This document shows, in pieces, positions 47,407 through 55,671 of a stretch of 64,000 nt of DNA. A model generated the notes under the pieces. That model saw only the letters and a program-made list of their open reading frames with translations. It ran no database searches and was not told the origin of the DNA. Made by a program: the position numbers and the translations under genes. The stretch is from the IMG/VR virus record IMGVR_UViG_3300038412_000061, positions 31,950 through 95,949 of that record. One strand, 5' to 3'. The stretch comes from a virus. Positions within the stretch are counted from its first letter, which is position 1. Every line of letters starts with the position of its first letter.

Positions 47407-47699
47407 TGGCCTTCGACGCAAAGAACAATTACGTCTTTTTGACGCTAGACGACAAAGAGGACAAGGTCATGGAGTCGGGGTTGGTTATCCCACGGGGAGG
47501 CCCGTTGCCATCTGAGGGGACAGTCGTAGCAGCTGGACCGGGGAAGGTTGACGACAGAGGGCGGCTAATCCCTAACCCGGTGAACGTTGGTGATGTGGTG
47601 AACTTCGACAAGCTCCATGCTCATGGTGTGAAAATCGAGGGAACGGAATACGTGTACATCGACGCTGACCACATTCGCGCTATCTTGAAAGAGGAGTAG
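47406..47699 (+). CDS. groES: GroES-like co-chaperonin
   Basis: SGLVIP...GTVVAAGPG...VNVGDVV...VKIEGTEY. Confidence 0.85.
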   Translation: MAFDAKNNYVFLTLDDKEDKVMESGLVIPRGGPLPSEGTVVAAGPGKVDDRGRLIPNPVNVGDVVNFDKLHAHGVKIEGTEYVYIDADHIRAILKEE

Positions 47700-47844
47700 T
47701 GACAAGACCAGAATTGCAAATCAGGTTTCACTTGAATCCTCACGAACATCGCGAGGACGGCACCACCCACACGAAGACAACGCGACTGTCGCGGAAGATA
47801 AAGCGCCGCAAGAAGAACAAGGAAGCTAGGAGAGCCCGCAAACG

Positions 47845-48153
47845 ATGATCTATCTACTTTGGGTTCTGCTCATAGTCATCTTTCTGATTTTGTGGGGGAT
47901 TGCTGATTCGCTCACGTACCAGACTTTGATGAGAAAAAGCATGGTTTCCCCAGGGGCACCGAGCCCTGCAATAACGGAGTTGTACGGATTCCACGTGAAG
48001 TACAGCCCACTCGTAGAGCCTGGTGTCGCCCTGTTCATTAAGGGAGACTCCATATGGAATGCTGACTACGTGGTCTTTCACGGAGACGAGAGCAGTGATT
48101 CAGAGGCGTGGTGTGAGTCGTGGCAGAGAATCCTGGAAAGGGAAGAGGACTAA
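47845..48153 (+). CDS. membrane-anchored hypothetical protein
   Basis: N-terminal TM. Confidence 0.55.
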   Translation: MIYLLWVLLIVIFLILWGIADSLTYQTLMRKSMVSPGAPSPAITELYGFHVKYSPLVEPGVALFIKGDSIWNADYVVFHGDESSDSEAWCESWQRILEREED

Positions 48154-48863
48154 TGGGGTCTTTGGTTTATCACAAAATCAACTCTATCCAAAAGAGGGTG
48201 GCGGAAGGACCGGGAAAGGGCCAGTTCACCGGCGAATGGGCTGACCCTAACTTCGAAGAGCTTCAAGACCTTCATTGGATTTGCAGGGAGAAAATCGACG
48301 GGACCAATATCCGTGTGCACTTGTCACAAGAAGACAGAGGCGAGGGAGTGTCAATCCAGCGCATCAAACTTGATGGACGCACAGACAAGTCAGCCATCCC
48401 GAAGCCATTACTTACACGTTTGAACTATCTTTTTAACGACGAGGTCGCCACTAAGGCTTTTACAGAAATCTTTGACCACGGCGCGCTAGAAACGGGTGTA
48501 ACGATCTACGGCGAGGGATACGGTTCAGGAATCCAAAAGGGTGAAGACTATGGCCCAGTGGACTTCATCGTCTTCGACATCCGAATTGGACACATGTGGC
48601 TCGTAGAGGAGGCAGTCACAAGCATATCCCTTGCTCTTGGACTTAAACGAGTACCGATCTACGAGAACATCAAAACTTTGCGTGACGCCATCTCAATCGT
48701 CTCGAATGGGACTCTTATATCTCATTGGCCAGCCTACGGCGAGGCTGAGGGGATAGTGGCCGTACCTGCATCCGGAATTCTGGACCGCCGTGGAAATCGC
48801 ATCGTTGCAAAGGTCAAGGGAGTGGACTTCCCTAATCGACATTTCCGGGAAGGCGGATCATAG
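48153..48863 (+). CDS. RNA ligase (Rnl2-like adenylyltransferase)
   Basis: EKIDGTN (motif I), YGEGYG, FDI, EGIV, KVK. Confidence 0.82.
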   Translation: MGSLVYHKINSIQKRVAEGPGKGQFTGEWADPNFEELQDLHWICREKIDGTNIRVHLSQEDRGEGVSIQRIKLDGRTDKSAIPKPLLTRLNYLFNDEVATKAFTEIFDHGALETGVTIYGEGYGSGIQKGEDYGPVDFIVFDIRIGHMWLVEEAVTSISLALGLKRVPIYENIKTLRDAISIVSNGTLISHWPAYGEAEGIVAVPASGILDRRGNRIVAKVKGVDFPNRHFREGGS

Positions 48864-49081
48864 TGATAGACGAGACACTAGACCTTGAGAGTCAAAGCTT
48901 CAACTTGTTGCTCTCTGGGGAACAAATCAAGATCATTATGGAGGCCCTGCACTTTTCTCACGGGTTCTTAGGGGGATTGGATGCCGACGTTCAAGAGTCT
49001 GTCGTGGCAGTGAACAACGCAATCGTTGACCAGGTGACGGAGCAGATCGAAGAAACGGATGTCGTGAATGATGTTAGTTGA
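48863..49081 (+). CDS. acidic hypothetical protein
   Basis: Coupled ORF. Confidence 0.5.
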   Translation: MIDETLDLESQSFNLLLSGEQIKIIMEALHFSHGFLGGLDADVQESVVAVNNAIVDQVTEQIEETDVVNDVS

Positions 49082-49322
49082 CTTTGACCAATTGGTGCCG
49101 GAGGTTGACTCTACCCTGATGGACATTGCCTACACAAACGTCATCGCCATGGTGGAGAGCCACATCCTAACGTGGCGTCAGATGCACAGCCCAAGGGAAC
49201 TACTGGACATGGCGGACGAGACACAACGTGACGACGAGTTCTTCTTCCGTGGCGGGGCAGTAGCGCTGGAAAGCCTTAAGCTTGAGTTGGAAGGCGAGAG
49301 GGCCACACAATTCCTTTCATAG
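49068..49322 (+). CDS. hypothetical protein
   Basis: Coupled ORF. Confidence 0.5.
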   Translation: MMLVDFDQLVPEVDSTLMDIAYTNVIAMVESHILTWRQMHSPRELLDMADETQRDDEFFFRGGAVALESLKLELEGERATQFLS

Positions 49323-49326
49323 TGCC

Positions 49327-49355
49327 TTGACATGTTGGGGCGACTATGCTACAAT
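49327..49355 (+). promoter_or_regulatory. SigA-type promoter
   Basis: TTGACA-17-TACAAT with TG extension. Confidence 0.8.
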
Positions 49356-49379
49356 GGTGAAAAGACAAAAGGAGGACCA

Positions 49380-49607
49380 ATGTTCAAGACGTTGGCTAAG
49401 ACGTTGACGAAAGTGACGATGTATGCTGGCGGTGGTGCAGTTGGGATTTTGCTGATTCTTCTCTTGGCACTTTCATGGCTTGCGCTTGGTGCAGCGTGGT
49501 GGGGCTTTTGGATCATGATCATCATGGGCGCTACCGGACACGCATGGATGGGATTCACCACAGCGTGGTTGTGGGGGTTTGTCCCGGCGATTCTGACTGG
49601 TTCGTAG
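49380..49607 (+). CDS. membrane protein
   Basis: AGGAGG RBS; hydrophobic. Confidence 0.6.
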   Translation: MFKTLAKTLTKVTMYAGGGAVGILLILLLALSWLALGAAWWGFWIMIIMGATGHAWMGFTTAWLWGFVPAILTGS

Positions 49608-49617
49608 GAGGGCGGCG

Positions 49618-49842
49618 ATGGGAAAGAAGACAGACGAGTTGCAGCGGCAGGTAGACGAGTTGCGCGGAGAGATGGTTGGTCTGCGCAAGCGCGTTCGTGA
49701 CTTGGAGGGAAAGCCTCCTCCCTTCACCATCGACCCTTGGGTGAAGCCAGCTCCATATAGGCAATACCCTGACCAGACGTTTCCGGCGCCATATATTCCA
49801 CCTACAATTTGGTGCAACGTCGGTAGCAGTAGGTCTGTATGA
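49618..49842 (+). CDS. hypothetical protein (coiled coil + Pro-rich)
   Basis: AGGAGG RBS. Confidence 0.55.
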   Translation: MGKKTDELQRQVDELRGEMVGLRKRVRDLEGKPPPFTIDPWVKPAPYRQYPDQTFPAPYIPPTIWCNVGSSRSV

Positions 49843-50024
49843 CGCGTGACCAAGAACTTCGGTTCAATCTAGTGGTTTTGATGGTCTTGGGCTTCGTATC
49901 TGCTATTTTTGCGCTTGTTTTCTCACTGGATTACGTACAGTTCGTCTCTACGTGGTTCATTGCTGGGTTGACATACTGCTTGGGATGCTTGCTGTTCCCT
50001 TTAAGTAGGGATGGAGAAATGTGA
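49839..50024 (+). CDS. small membrane protein
   Basis: 2 TM. Confidence 0.5.
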   Translation: MTRDQELRFNLVVLMVLGFVSAIFALVFSLDYVQFVSTWFIAGLTYCLGCLLFPLSRDGEM

Positions 50025-50082
50025 TGGCATGGGGCAACTTTGACTGGCCGTGGAGACGCCTTTGGCGTCAGTGGCGTAAGGG

Positions 50083-50286
50083 ATGGTCGTACCTATGAGC
50101 GTCGGCTTTTTGGACGGTGAGGACGCTCTTTACGAAGAGGGTGACAGGGTCATGACCTGTAGCGCGGGGCGCATTGGAACTGTAAGAAGGAGCCACACAG
50201 AGCTAGGTAGACGCTTATACACGATTGAGGACGAGTCAGGAACGTTGTTCGTGGCCGAGGAGGAGGACCTAATATCAATATGGTGA
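50083..50286 (+). CDS. small SH3-like protein
   Basis: YEEGDRV...GTV...YTI...EEDL. Confidence 0.5.
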   Translation: MVVPMSVGFLDGEDALYEEGDRVMTCSAGRIGTVRRSHTELGRRLYTIEDESGTLFVAEEEDLISIW

Positions 50287-50738
50287 ATCAACGAACACGC
50301 CTAGTGACAGAGGGCGAACTGGAGTTGCAGGTTGGTGATACATTTTGCGCGCGTTTAGGCAACGGCTATGGAGCAGAACACACAGTCAGCGCCGTAGAGA
50401 TCGTCCCTGGTGTTGGGATCAAGGTTTTCTCCGGGCCATGGACAAATTCGTGGTATTGGTACCACGAATTGGCCAAAGTCGTCACAATCGAAGAAGTGGT
50501 CACGAAAAAGATTCTTGTCAATCTCGATCCCCCTGTGCTGCAACGTTTACCTGAGGTCGGTAGGTTTTTGCCCGGCGACGAAGTTTACTGGGACACAGCC
50601 CGAACACCAATCAGCCCCAAGGCCCACAGACGCTACGAGGTCGTTCGAGATGTGCAAGGCGACGATGTGTATTTCGAGGGTAGTGGGTGGCAGCCTGCAC
50701 ACAAACTGCATCACTTGTGGGAAGAGGAAGTGCAGTGA
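50280..50738 (+). CDS. hypothetical protein
   Basis: GGAGGAGG RBS. Confidence 0.55.
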   Translation: MVNQRTRLVTEGELELQVGDTFCARLGNGYGAEHTVSAVEIVPGVGIKVFSGPWTNSWYWYHELAKVVTIEEVVTKKILVNLDPPVLQRLPEVGRFLPGDEVYWDTARTPISPKAHRRYEVVRDVQGDDVYFEGSGWQPAHKLHHLWEEEVQ

Positions 50739-51094
50739 AGGTTTTTGAAAAGCCTGTAGAGGTTGGTGTACGAAGATTCTGTAACACGCAGGAGGAGCTA
50801 GACTTTTGGACTGAACGTTTCCGTTTTCTTTCCGGGGACGGGGGGGAACTACCTGAATACGAAAGGATGCGCGACGAAATGGTCAAGGCAATTCTTATGT
50901 GTAATGACCTTTTGGCCAACTTCAGAGCGCCGCTAGTCGAGTACCCTGAGGGCGACAAGAAACTTGCTCTAGCGATGTACGAGGCAAAGAGGTTTGTTGA
51001 CTCCGAGGATCTAGCAAGATTCATTTTTGATGCAATTTTGTCTGGAGAGTTGCAATTCAGAGTCTCTGAAACTGCGCTAGCGCTTCATGATTGA
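50735..51094 (+). CDS. hypothetical protein
   Basis: GTGA coupled. Confidence 0.55.
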   Translation: MKVFEKPVEVGVRRFCNTQEELDFWTERFRFLSGDGGELPEYERMRDEMVKAILMCNDLLANFRAPLVEYPEGDKKLALAMYEAKRFVDSEDLARFIFDAILSGELQFRVSETALALHD

Positions 51095-51140
51095 ATCATA
51101 GCCCTAAATCGCCGCATGTCATAGTGTGCGCGTATACAAG

Positions 51141-51173
51141 AAGTCCCCGCCGAAAGGCGGGGCTTCGTCGTTT
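51141..51173. terminator. GC-rich, potentially bidirectional terminator hairpin
   Basis: CCCCGCC-GAAA-GGCGGGG with T-rich flanks on both strands. Confidence 0.7.
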
Positions 51174-51286
51174 GAGGTCGAATCATGTGCCAGATCGAAT
51201 CACGTGTGCGGGTGCAGTGGCGGACGGTAAACGAAGGAGAAACCCGCCCGCCACTCCCCCAGGGAGTGCAACCCCTTTGTTGTAAC
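51141..51286 (-). ncRNA. candidate ~145-nt sRNA with anti-Shine-Dalgarno loop
   Basis: Bounded by minus-strand promoter (51293-51321) and terminator; 12-bp stem displaying UCUCCUU; no convincing ORF. Confidence 0.5.
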
Positions 51287-51292
51287 TACAAC

Positions 51293-51321
51293 ATTGTAAC
51301 ATAGGGCAGCTAAAAAGTCAA
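51293..51321 (-). promoter_or_regulatory. SigA-type promoter driving candidate sRNA
   Basis: TTGACT-17-TACAAT with TG extension on minus strand. Confidence 0.7.
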
Positions 51322-51334
51322 GAGGATCTTGATC

Positions 51335-51389
51335 GAATCACCGGAAATTTTGCACATCGCGAGCGCGCGATTGGAATCTGTGCTACAAT
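51335..51389 (+). promoter_or_regulatory. element 1 (drives tRNA operon)
   Basis: GAATC..ATCGCGAGCGCGCGAT..TGC-TACAAT. Confidence 0.8.
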
Positions 51390-51430
51390 ATAGGCGTCCC
51401 AAAGAATTGCTTAAGAAGTTTGGAGGGATA

Positions 51431-51528
51431 GCCGTGTGCGTATGACAAGTGGCCCAGATACCCACTTAGGCAAGTACACATCGTCTTATGTACGATGAGG
51501 CTCGGTTCGAATCCGGGGCACGGCACCA
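51431..51528 (+). tRNA. tRNA-Ile(UAU)-like with extra hairpin in D-loop
   Basis: Acceptor GCCGTGT/GCACGGC+A-CCA; T arm CTCGG-TTCGAAT-CCGGG; anticodon stem CATCGT/ACGATG, loop CT-TAT-GT; D stem GTAT/GTAC. Confidence 0.75.
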
Positions 51529-51728
51529 TGGCGAAGAAAACACCTAAGAGCATGAAGGGGAAGTTGCCACGGACGTTCACGTGTGGGTACTGTCGAGAGG
51601 GTGACCCTCCAGTCGTAACACGCATGGTTGTGAACGACCCTGCGAATCGCTACCATTTCGAGACTCAACACGCTTGGGCAAAGGACAACTGGACCCCAGT
51701 GTCAGAGAGAGGGAGCAGGGGAACGTGA
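51528..51728 (+). CDS. small basic Zn-ribbon-like protein
   Basis: MAKKTPK...CGYC...; ATG overlaps tRNA CCA. Confidence 0.5.
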   Translation: MAKKTPKSMKGKLPRTFTCGYCREGDPPVVTRMVVNDPANRYHFETQHAWAKDNWTPVSERGSRGT

Positions 51729-52012
51729 TGAACGTGATCTACAAGTACGCGGTTGGGGCCGGAGGTGCCTCATACGAATTTCCGGTTGGCTACAAGATAC
51801 TCTCTGTTGGTGCGCAGGCGGAGGAAATATGCGTGTGGGTTGAGCACTCGGTCGAGGCGCAAACTACCCACCGCTCTGAGGTTGAGTTCACGATCATTCC
51901 AACTGGTGGGACCGGCCACGAGGAAGGGAGCATTGGAAATTACGTGGGAACCGTTTTGTTGTTTCGAGGTTCATTGGTGTTTCACATATTTGCAAAGGAG
52001 GTTGTGCAGTGA
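51728..52012 (+). CDS. conserved phage protein (IYKY...YVGTV...VFH family)
   Basis: IYKYAV, ILSVGAQ, PTG, YVGTV, LVFHIF. Confidence 0.65.
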   Translation: MNVIYKYAVGAGGASYEFPVGYKILSVGAQAEEICVWVEHSVEAQTTHRSEVEFTIIPTGGTGHEEGSIGNYVGTVLLFRGSLVFHIFAKEVVQ

Positions 52013-52179
52013 CAAGGGCAGAGAGAGCAAGGGCACAGGAGGAGGCGCGTAGCATGGCGGTTCGCTACGCCTTTGACGACGAGGAGAGTGGGACGGTCCA
52101 GTACGAGGGGAGCATGGCCCACAGGCGCAGTCACTCTCAGTGGGCCAATGTCGGTTCGATTGGGGCGAGCCGTTTGTAG
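52009..52179 (+). CDS. small hypothetical protein (56 aa)
   Basis: AGGAGG RBS, GTGA overlap, stop abuts element 2. Confidence 0.45.
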   Translation: MTRAERARAQEEARSMAVRYAFDDEESGTVQYEGSMAHRRSHSQWANVGSIGASRL

Positions 52180-52181
52180 TC

Positions 52182-52236
52182 GAATCCCCGAAAGGGGAGC
52201 TAATCGCGCGTGCGTGATGCACTTCAGTGCTATACT
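52182..52236 (+). promoter_or_regulatory. element 2
   Basis: CCCC-GAAA-GGGG hairpin; ATCGCGCGTGCGTGAT; TGC-TATACT. Confidence 0.85.
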
Positions 52237-52260
52237 TGAAAACGAAAGCGAGGGAAACAA

Positions 52261-52470
52261 ATGACTGAACACGATGTGAATGTCATGGAGGCACAGATTG
52301 CGCAACTTGAGTCCAACTACAAGGACGCCTGCGAGCGCTTGAATGCCATCTATGGATTGTTGCCATCGGGGACAACCGAGGAGGAAATCCGTGAAGAAAT
52401 CTACCAGGCAAACTACGACCCCATCGACGCCATTACGAAGATCGTTCAAATTCTAGAGGAGGGTGTATGA
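52261..52470 (+). CDS. small acidic protein
   Basis: First gene after element 2. Confidence 0.6.
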   Translation: MTEHDVNVMEAQIAQLESNYKDACERLNAIYGLLPSGTTEEEIREEIYQANYDPIDAITKIVQILEEGV

Positions 52471-52811
52471 GCGAAAGGCGCGTTAGGAGCAATGAGCCGT
52501 TCACCAAGGACCGTTTCTTGGGTATCAGCACTCAATCGGTACGGTCGGTCTACCGGTTTGCTGAGGAGCGTGAGGATGGTTCATATGCCGGTGGTGGATA
52601 TGCTCCCGGCGACATGATTGGTCATCAGATCATCAACACGGTGCGCGGTTTGTGTGATAAGGTGGACTACCTAGAAAGGGTCATTGTGGACATCGCTTTC
52701 GCTCTTCCGTCATCGAGGTCGGAGGTATGGGAGGGTGACGACATGTACGATTCGTTGGTGGCAATCCGAGAGATTTTGATTGAGGACGTTGGGTTTAAGG
52801 ACAACAGATGA
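52467..52811 (+). CDS. hypothetical protein
   Basis: Coupled ORF. Confidence 0.6.
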   Translation: MSERRVRSNEPFTKDRFLGISTQSVRSVYRFAEEREDGSYAGGGYAPGDMIGHQIINTVRGLCDKVDYLERVIVDIAFALPSSRSEVWEGDDMYDSLVAIREILIEDVGFKDNR

Positions 52812-53230
52812 GCGAATTCTTGAAGATTGACAGTGACGCATTGGACCGGCACATTACCGGAAATTACGGGGAGGACCAGTTGGGGACCGAGGAGCAAAAG
52901 GAGAACCTGTGGCATTGGCTTGAGAACGGTGCCGAGGACGCGTACCCAGTTGACCGCATCCTCCACGATTCTCTTTCCGAGTTCTACACGTGGGGTTTGA
53001 ACTACGACATGTCCACCAGCCCGTTCAATCTGTTCCGCGACCTGGTTGGTTGGAGCGAAGAGAACATCGGTGGGAGGTTGTACGACTACTCTGAGGGTAC
53101 ACTGGGCTACTTGGAGGCTGGACTTCTTTCAAAGGCGCTAGACTTTTGGAGTGACGACCCACGGCGCGTGGAAAAGTGGCTCGACCGTGTCAGTGAGTTG
53201 GAGTTGGCCGACTACGATGTCAATGGATAG
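52808..53230 (+). CDS. acidic hypothetical protein
   Basis: DALDRHITGNYGEDQ; LGYLEA. Confidence 0.6.
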   Translation: MSEFLKIDSDALDRHITGNYGEDQLGTEEQKENLWHWLENGAEDAYPVDRILHDSLSEFYTWGLNYDMSTSPFNLFRDLVGWSEENIGGRLYDYSEGTLGYLEAGLLSKALDFWSDDPRRVEKWLDRVSELELADYDVNG

Positions 53231-53657
53231 GTTCTATGATCAAGATGGAGGAAAGATAATGGGTATGGAAGACCACCCGTCGTTAAGCAACATGTCGCCC
53301 GACGAGCGACGGGAGTACATGCAATTCGCCAAGTTGGCGGGTCGAGACGTTCCACTACCGGAGGTAGGTAAGAAATCAATGGCAACGGAGGAATTGGTCT
53401 ACATTGACCGTGACGGTTTGTATGGTGATGCAACCGGCTTATTGGTCATCAAGACATCCGACCTGGGGGAGGGTGGCCGACAGGCCTTTGAAAAGGCCAA
53501 GGACCAGGCAGAGGACCTGTTGACGTGGGTGGTCGGATACCTTGGCGCGTCCGGCGTCCCCATCGGTGCGACTTTCGTGGCGCATACCTCCAAGTTGTAC
53601 CCGGCGACCGTCACCAAAAACTCCAGGGGCATCCTCAAGAGACTGCGGGGCATGTAG
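53223..53657 (+). CDS. hypothetical protein
   Basis: Coupled ORF; start uncertain. Confidence 0.5.
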   Translation: MDRFYDQDGGKIMGMEDHPSLSNMSPDERREYMQFAKLAGRDVPLPEVGKKSMATEELVYIDRDGLYGDATGLLVIKTSDLGEGGRQAFEKAKDQAEDLLTWVVGYLGASGVPIGATFVAHTSKLYPATVTKNSRGILKRLRGM

Positions 53658-53659
53658 AG

Positions 53660-53833
53660 ATGAGCGAGGTAGTGGGCTACACATGCAATGGTGAAATCTT
53701 TTGCCTTGCGTGTGTGGCCCTTAACCCTTGGGCGGAGCCGTTCAAACACTGTAGTCCACCCATCTTCAAGGATGAAGCGGACTACGTTGACTGTACCATT
53801 TGTGGCGCGCCCTTGATCGAATCAGCGGACTGA
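53660..53833 (+). CDS. small Zn-binding protein
   Basis: FCLAC...CTICG. Confidence 0.55.
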   Translation: MSEVVGYTCNGEIFCLACVALNPWAEPFKHCSPPIFKDEADYVDCTICGAPLIESAD

Positions 53834-53873
53834 GCTCAGATCGCGCACGCGCGATCCGCCACCGTGGTACACT
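53819..53873 (+). promoter_or_regulatory. element 3
   Basis: ATCGCGCACGCGCGAT; TGG-TACACT. Confidence 0.85.
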
Positions 53874-53898
53874 GTTTGCACAAGCGAGAGGATGCAAA

Positions 53899-54150
53899 GT
53901 GAGTAGGTTCAAGATCGGTGACGAAGTCGTCATCCACATGGATGGCAGGGACAGCGACCCTTATTGGGTGGGAAGACATGGAACCGTGTGCGACGTTCTT
54001 CCCGTTAAGGATGGGCACATTGTACCTAGCGTGTCATTCTATGTTAGTGACGCGGACACGTGGGACGTTCAGGTAAATGTGGAAGACCTGTTCGACGGCG
54101 AACTGGGGTCCGCACCATGGTTTGACGAGACTGAATTGGAGTTGGCATGA
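53899..54150 (+). CDS. SH3-like small protein
   Basis: FKIGDEV...GTV...ETELE. Confidence 0.55.
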   Translation: MSRFKIGDEVVIHMDGRDSDPYWVGRHGTVCDVLPVKDGHIVPSVSFYVSDADTWDVQVNVEDLFDGELGSAPWFDETELELA

Positions 54151-54749
54151 GTTACGTTCACGACACTTTCGTGCATGGCGACTGGAGGGTCAAAATCTTG
54201 CAGGACGAAGACTGCCCGAGTCCGCGAGAGTGGATTAACGTTGGCATAATGGTCACTTGGTGGCATGGCTACTCTTCACCAGATGGACAGGCAAACTCCT
54301 GGCACGACATTGAAGAGTTCGAGTCATGGTACAACTGGCAGGACAAAGACGAACGTTGGGTATGTTTGCCCCTGAAGCCACGGTATTACGATGGCGGGTA
54401 TCTCATTGCGTCCGACCAGGACATTTTGGAGAACCGTTATGTCGGGTGGATTTTCACTACAACGGAAACCGTGGAGTACACGGGCGCGCCGGTAGAGAGC
54501 CTTGAGGCGCAACTTCTTGCAGAGGTTGAAGAGTACAATACGTGGGCCAGCGGTTACTGCTACGGGTACGTTATAGAGCGTCTTGTCCCATCTTGTTCTT
54601 GCGGAGAGTGCAAAAACTGGGAGGAAGTCGAAGATGGTTCATGTTGGGGTTTCATTGGCAAGATTTTGGACTTCTACTACCCGGACGGTTTCCCCGAGGA
54701 GTTGAAGTGCGAATTGCGCAAGAGTGGCTACCTTGGGGAGGGAGTATGA
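54147..54749 (+). CDS. acidic, aromatic-rich conserved MGE protein
   Basis: DEDCPSPREW...EVEEYNTWASGYCYGYVIE...SCWGF. Confidence 0.65.
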   Translation: MSYVHDTFVHGDWRVKILQDEDCPSPREWINVGIMVTWWHGYSSPDGQANSWHDIEEFESWYNWQDKDERWVCLPLKPRYYDGGYLIASDQDILENRYVGWIFTTTETVEYTGAPVESLEAQLLAEVEEYNTWASGYCYGYVIERLVPSCSCGECKNWEEVEDGSCWGFIGKILDFYYPDGFPEELKCELRKSGYLGEGV

Positions 54750-54970
54750 GCGCGGGAATAGCGAAGGTCAGGAACTACCATCCGGGGGAGTTCATCTACG
54801 GGCGGAAAATTCTGAATGAAGAGACCGTTGATGTGTTTCTTACAGATGTCGAGGTGGAGAGCGCCGAGAGGGGCCTGGTGGATGACAACGGGAACGTCGT
54901 GTTGGAGATCGAAGTGGACGGTTGCATCGAACTTGTCATTGTACAATCGATAGATTTGGAGTGGCGATGA
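54746..54970 (+). CDS. small acidic protein
   Basis: ATGA coupled. Confidence 0.5.
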   Translation: MSAGIAKVRNYHPGEFIYGRKILNEETVDVFLTDVEVESAERGLVDDNGNVVLEIEVDGCIELVIVQSIDLEWR

Positions 54971-54990
54971 AGGAATCAATGTGATTGAAT

Positions 54991-55045
54991 GAATCCGAGC
55001 AACCGGAGCTAATCGCGCGTGCGCGATCCAGATCTGTGGTACACT
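54991..55045 (+). promoter_or_regulatory. element 4
   Basis: ATCGCGCGTGCGCGAT; TGG-TACACT. Confidence 0.85.
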
Positions 55046-55072
55046 GTGACCACGAACAAGGAAAGGCAACAC

Positions 55073-55378
55073 ATGAAGGTGCGAATCACGGAGGGTCAGT
55101 CGGTGACTGGAATCTCCTCTCACAACTACCCGCGCGGTACGGTTGTCGAGGTGAACGACGACCTTGTCATTTTGGACGGCCCGAGGCCAGGGTACATTCT
55201 GGACGCTGATTGGTGCGAAGAGGTCGAGGGCGACACCTCATCCTACGCCGTCAACGTTAGAATTACGTATGAGGAGGTCCGAGGCCTTGAAAGGGTGATT
55301 GCTTTCGCTGAGGACGAGGGCCTGAATGTTGACCTTGAGTGGGGAGTTTTGGGAAAGATCAGAAAGGCCATGCAATGA
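55073..55378 (+). CDS. hypothetical protein
   Basis: RBS; first gene after element 4. Confidence 0.55.
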   Translation: MKVRITEGQSVTGISSHNYPRGTVVEVNDDLVILDGPRPGYILDADWCEEVEGDTSSYAVNVRITYEEVRGLERVIAFAEDEGLNVDLEWGVLGKIRKAMQ

Positions 55379-55671
55379 GGCACCTAGACGCAATGATGTT
55401 GCAGATCAAGAGTCTTGACAACGATGCTTCCGTCCGATACAGTCAGTACACCCACATGTGGTACGTGTCGGCAAACATCGAGATTGGTGGCGATGGGCTT
55501 CTGTCAGGAATCGCTTCACATGCCGAATCCCCCCAGTTGGCTGTAGAGGAGTATTTCAAAGTCATCACCACAGTGCCCATTGGCTATTACCTGGTAACGG
55601 AGCGTGGGGAGGGGCGTCGTGAGTGGTTGTGGAATGGTGCCGCATTTTTTGAGACTGGACGGACGAAATGA
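55375..55671 (+). CDS. hypothetical protein
   Basis: ATGA coupled. Confidence 0.55.
   Translation: MRHLDAMMLQIKSLDNDASVRYSQYTHMWYVSANIEIGGDGLLSGIASHAESPQLAVEEYFKVITTVPIGYYLVTERGEGRREWLWNGAAFFETGRTK

Noticed and set aside
51484-51492. tRNA read as an ochre (UUA) suppressor
   Set aside because: The 7-nt loop with U33 places TAT at 34-36, and TAA is used as a normal stop
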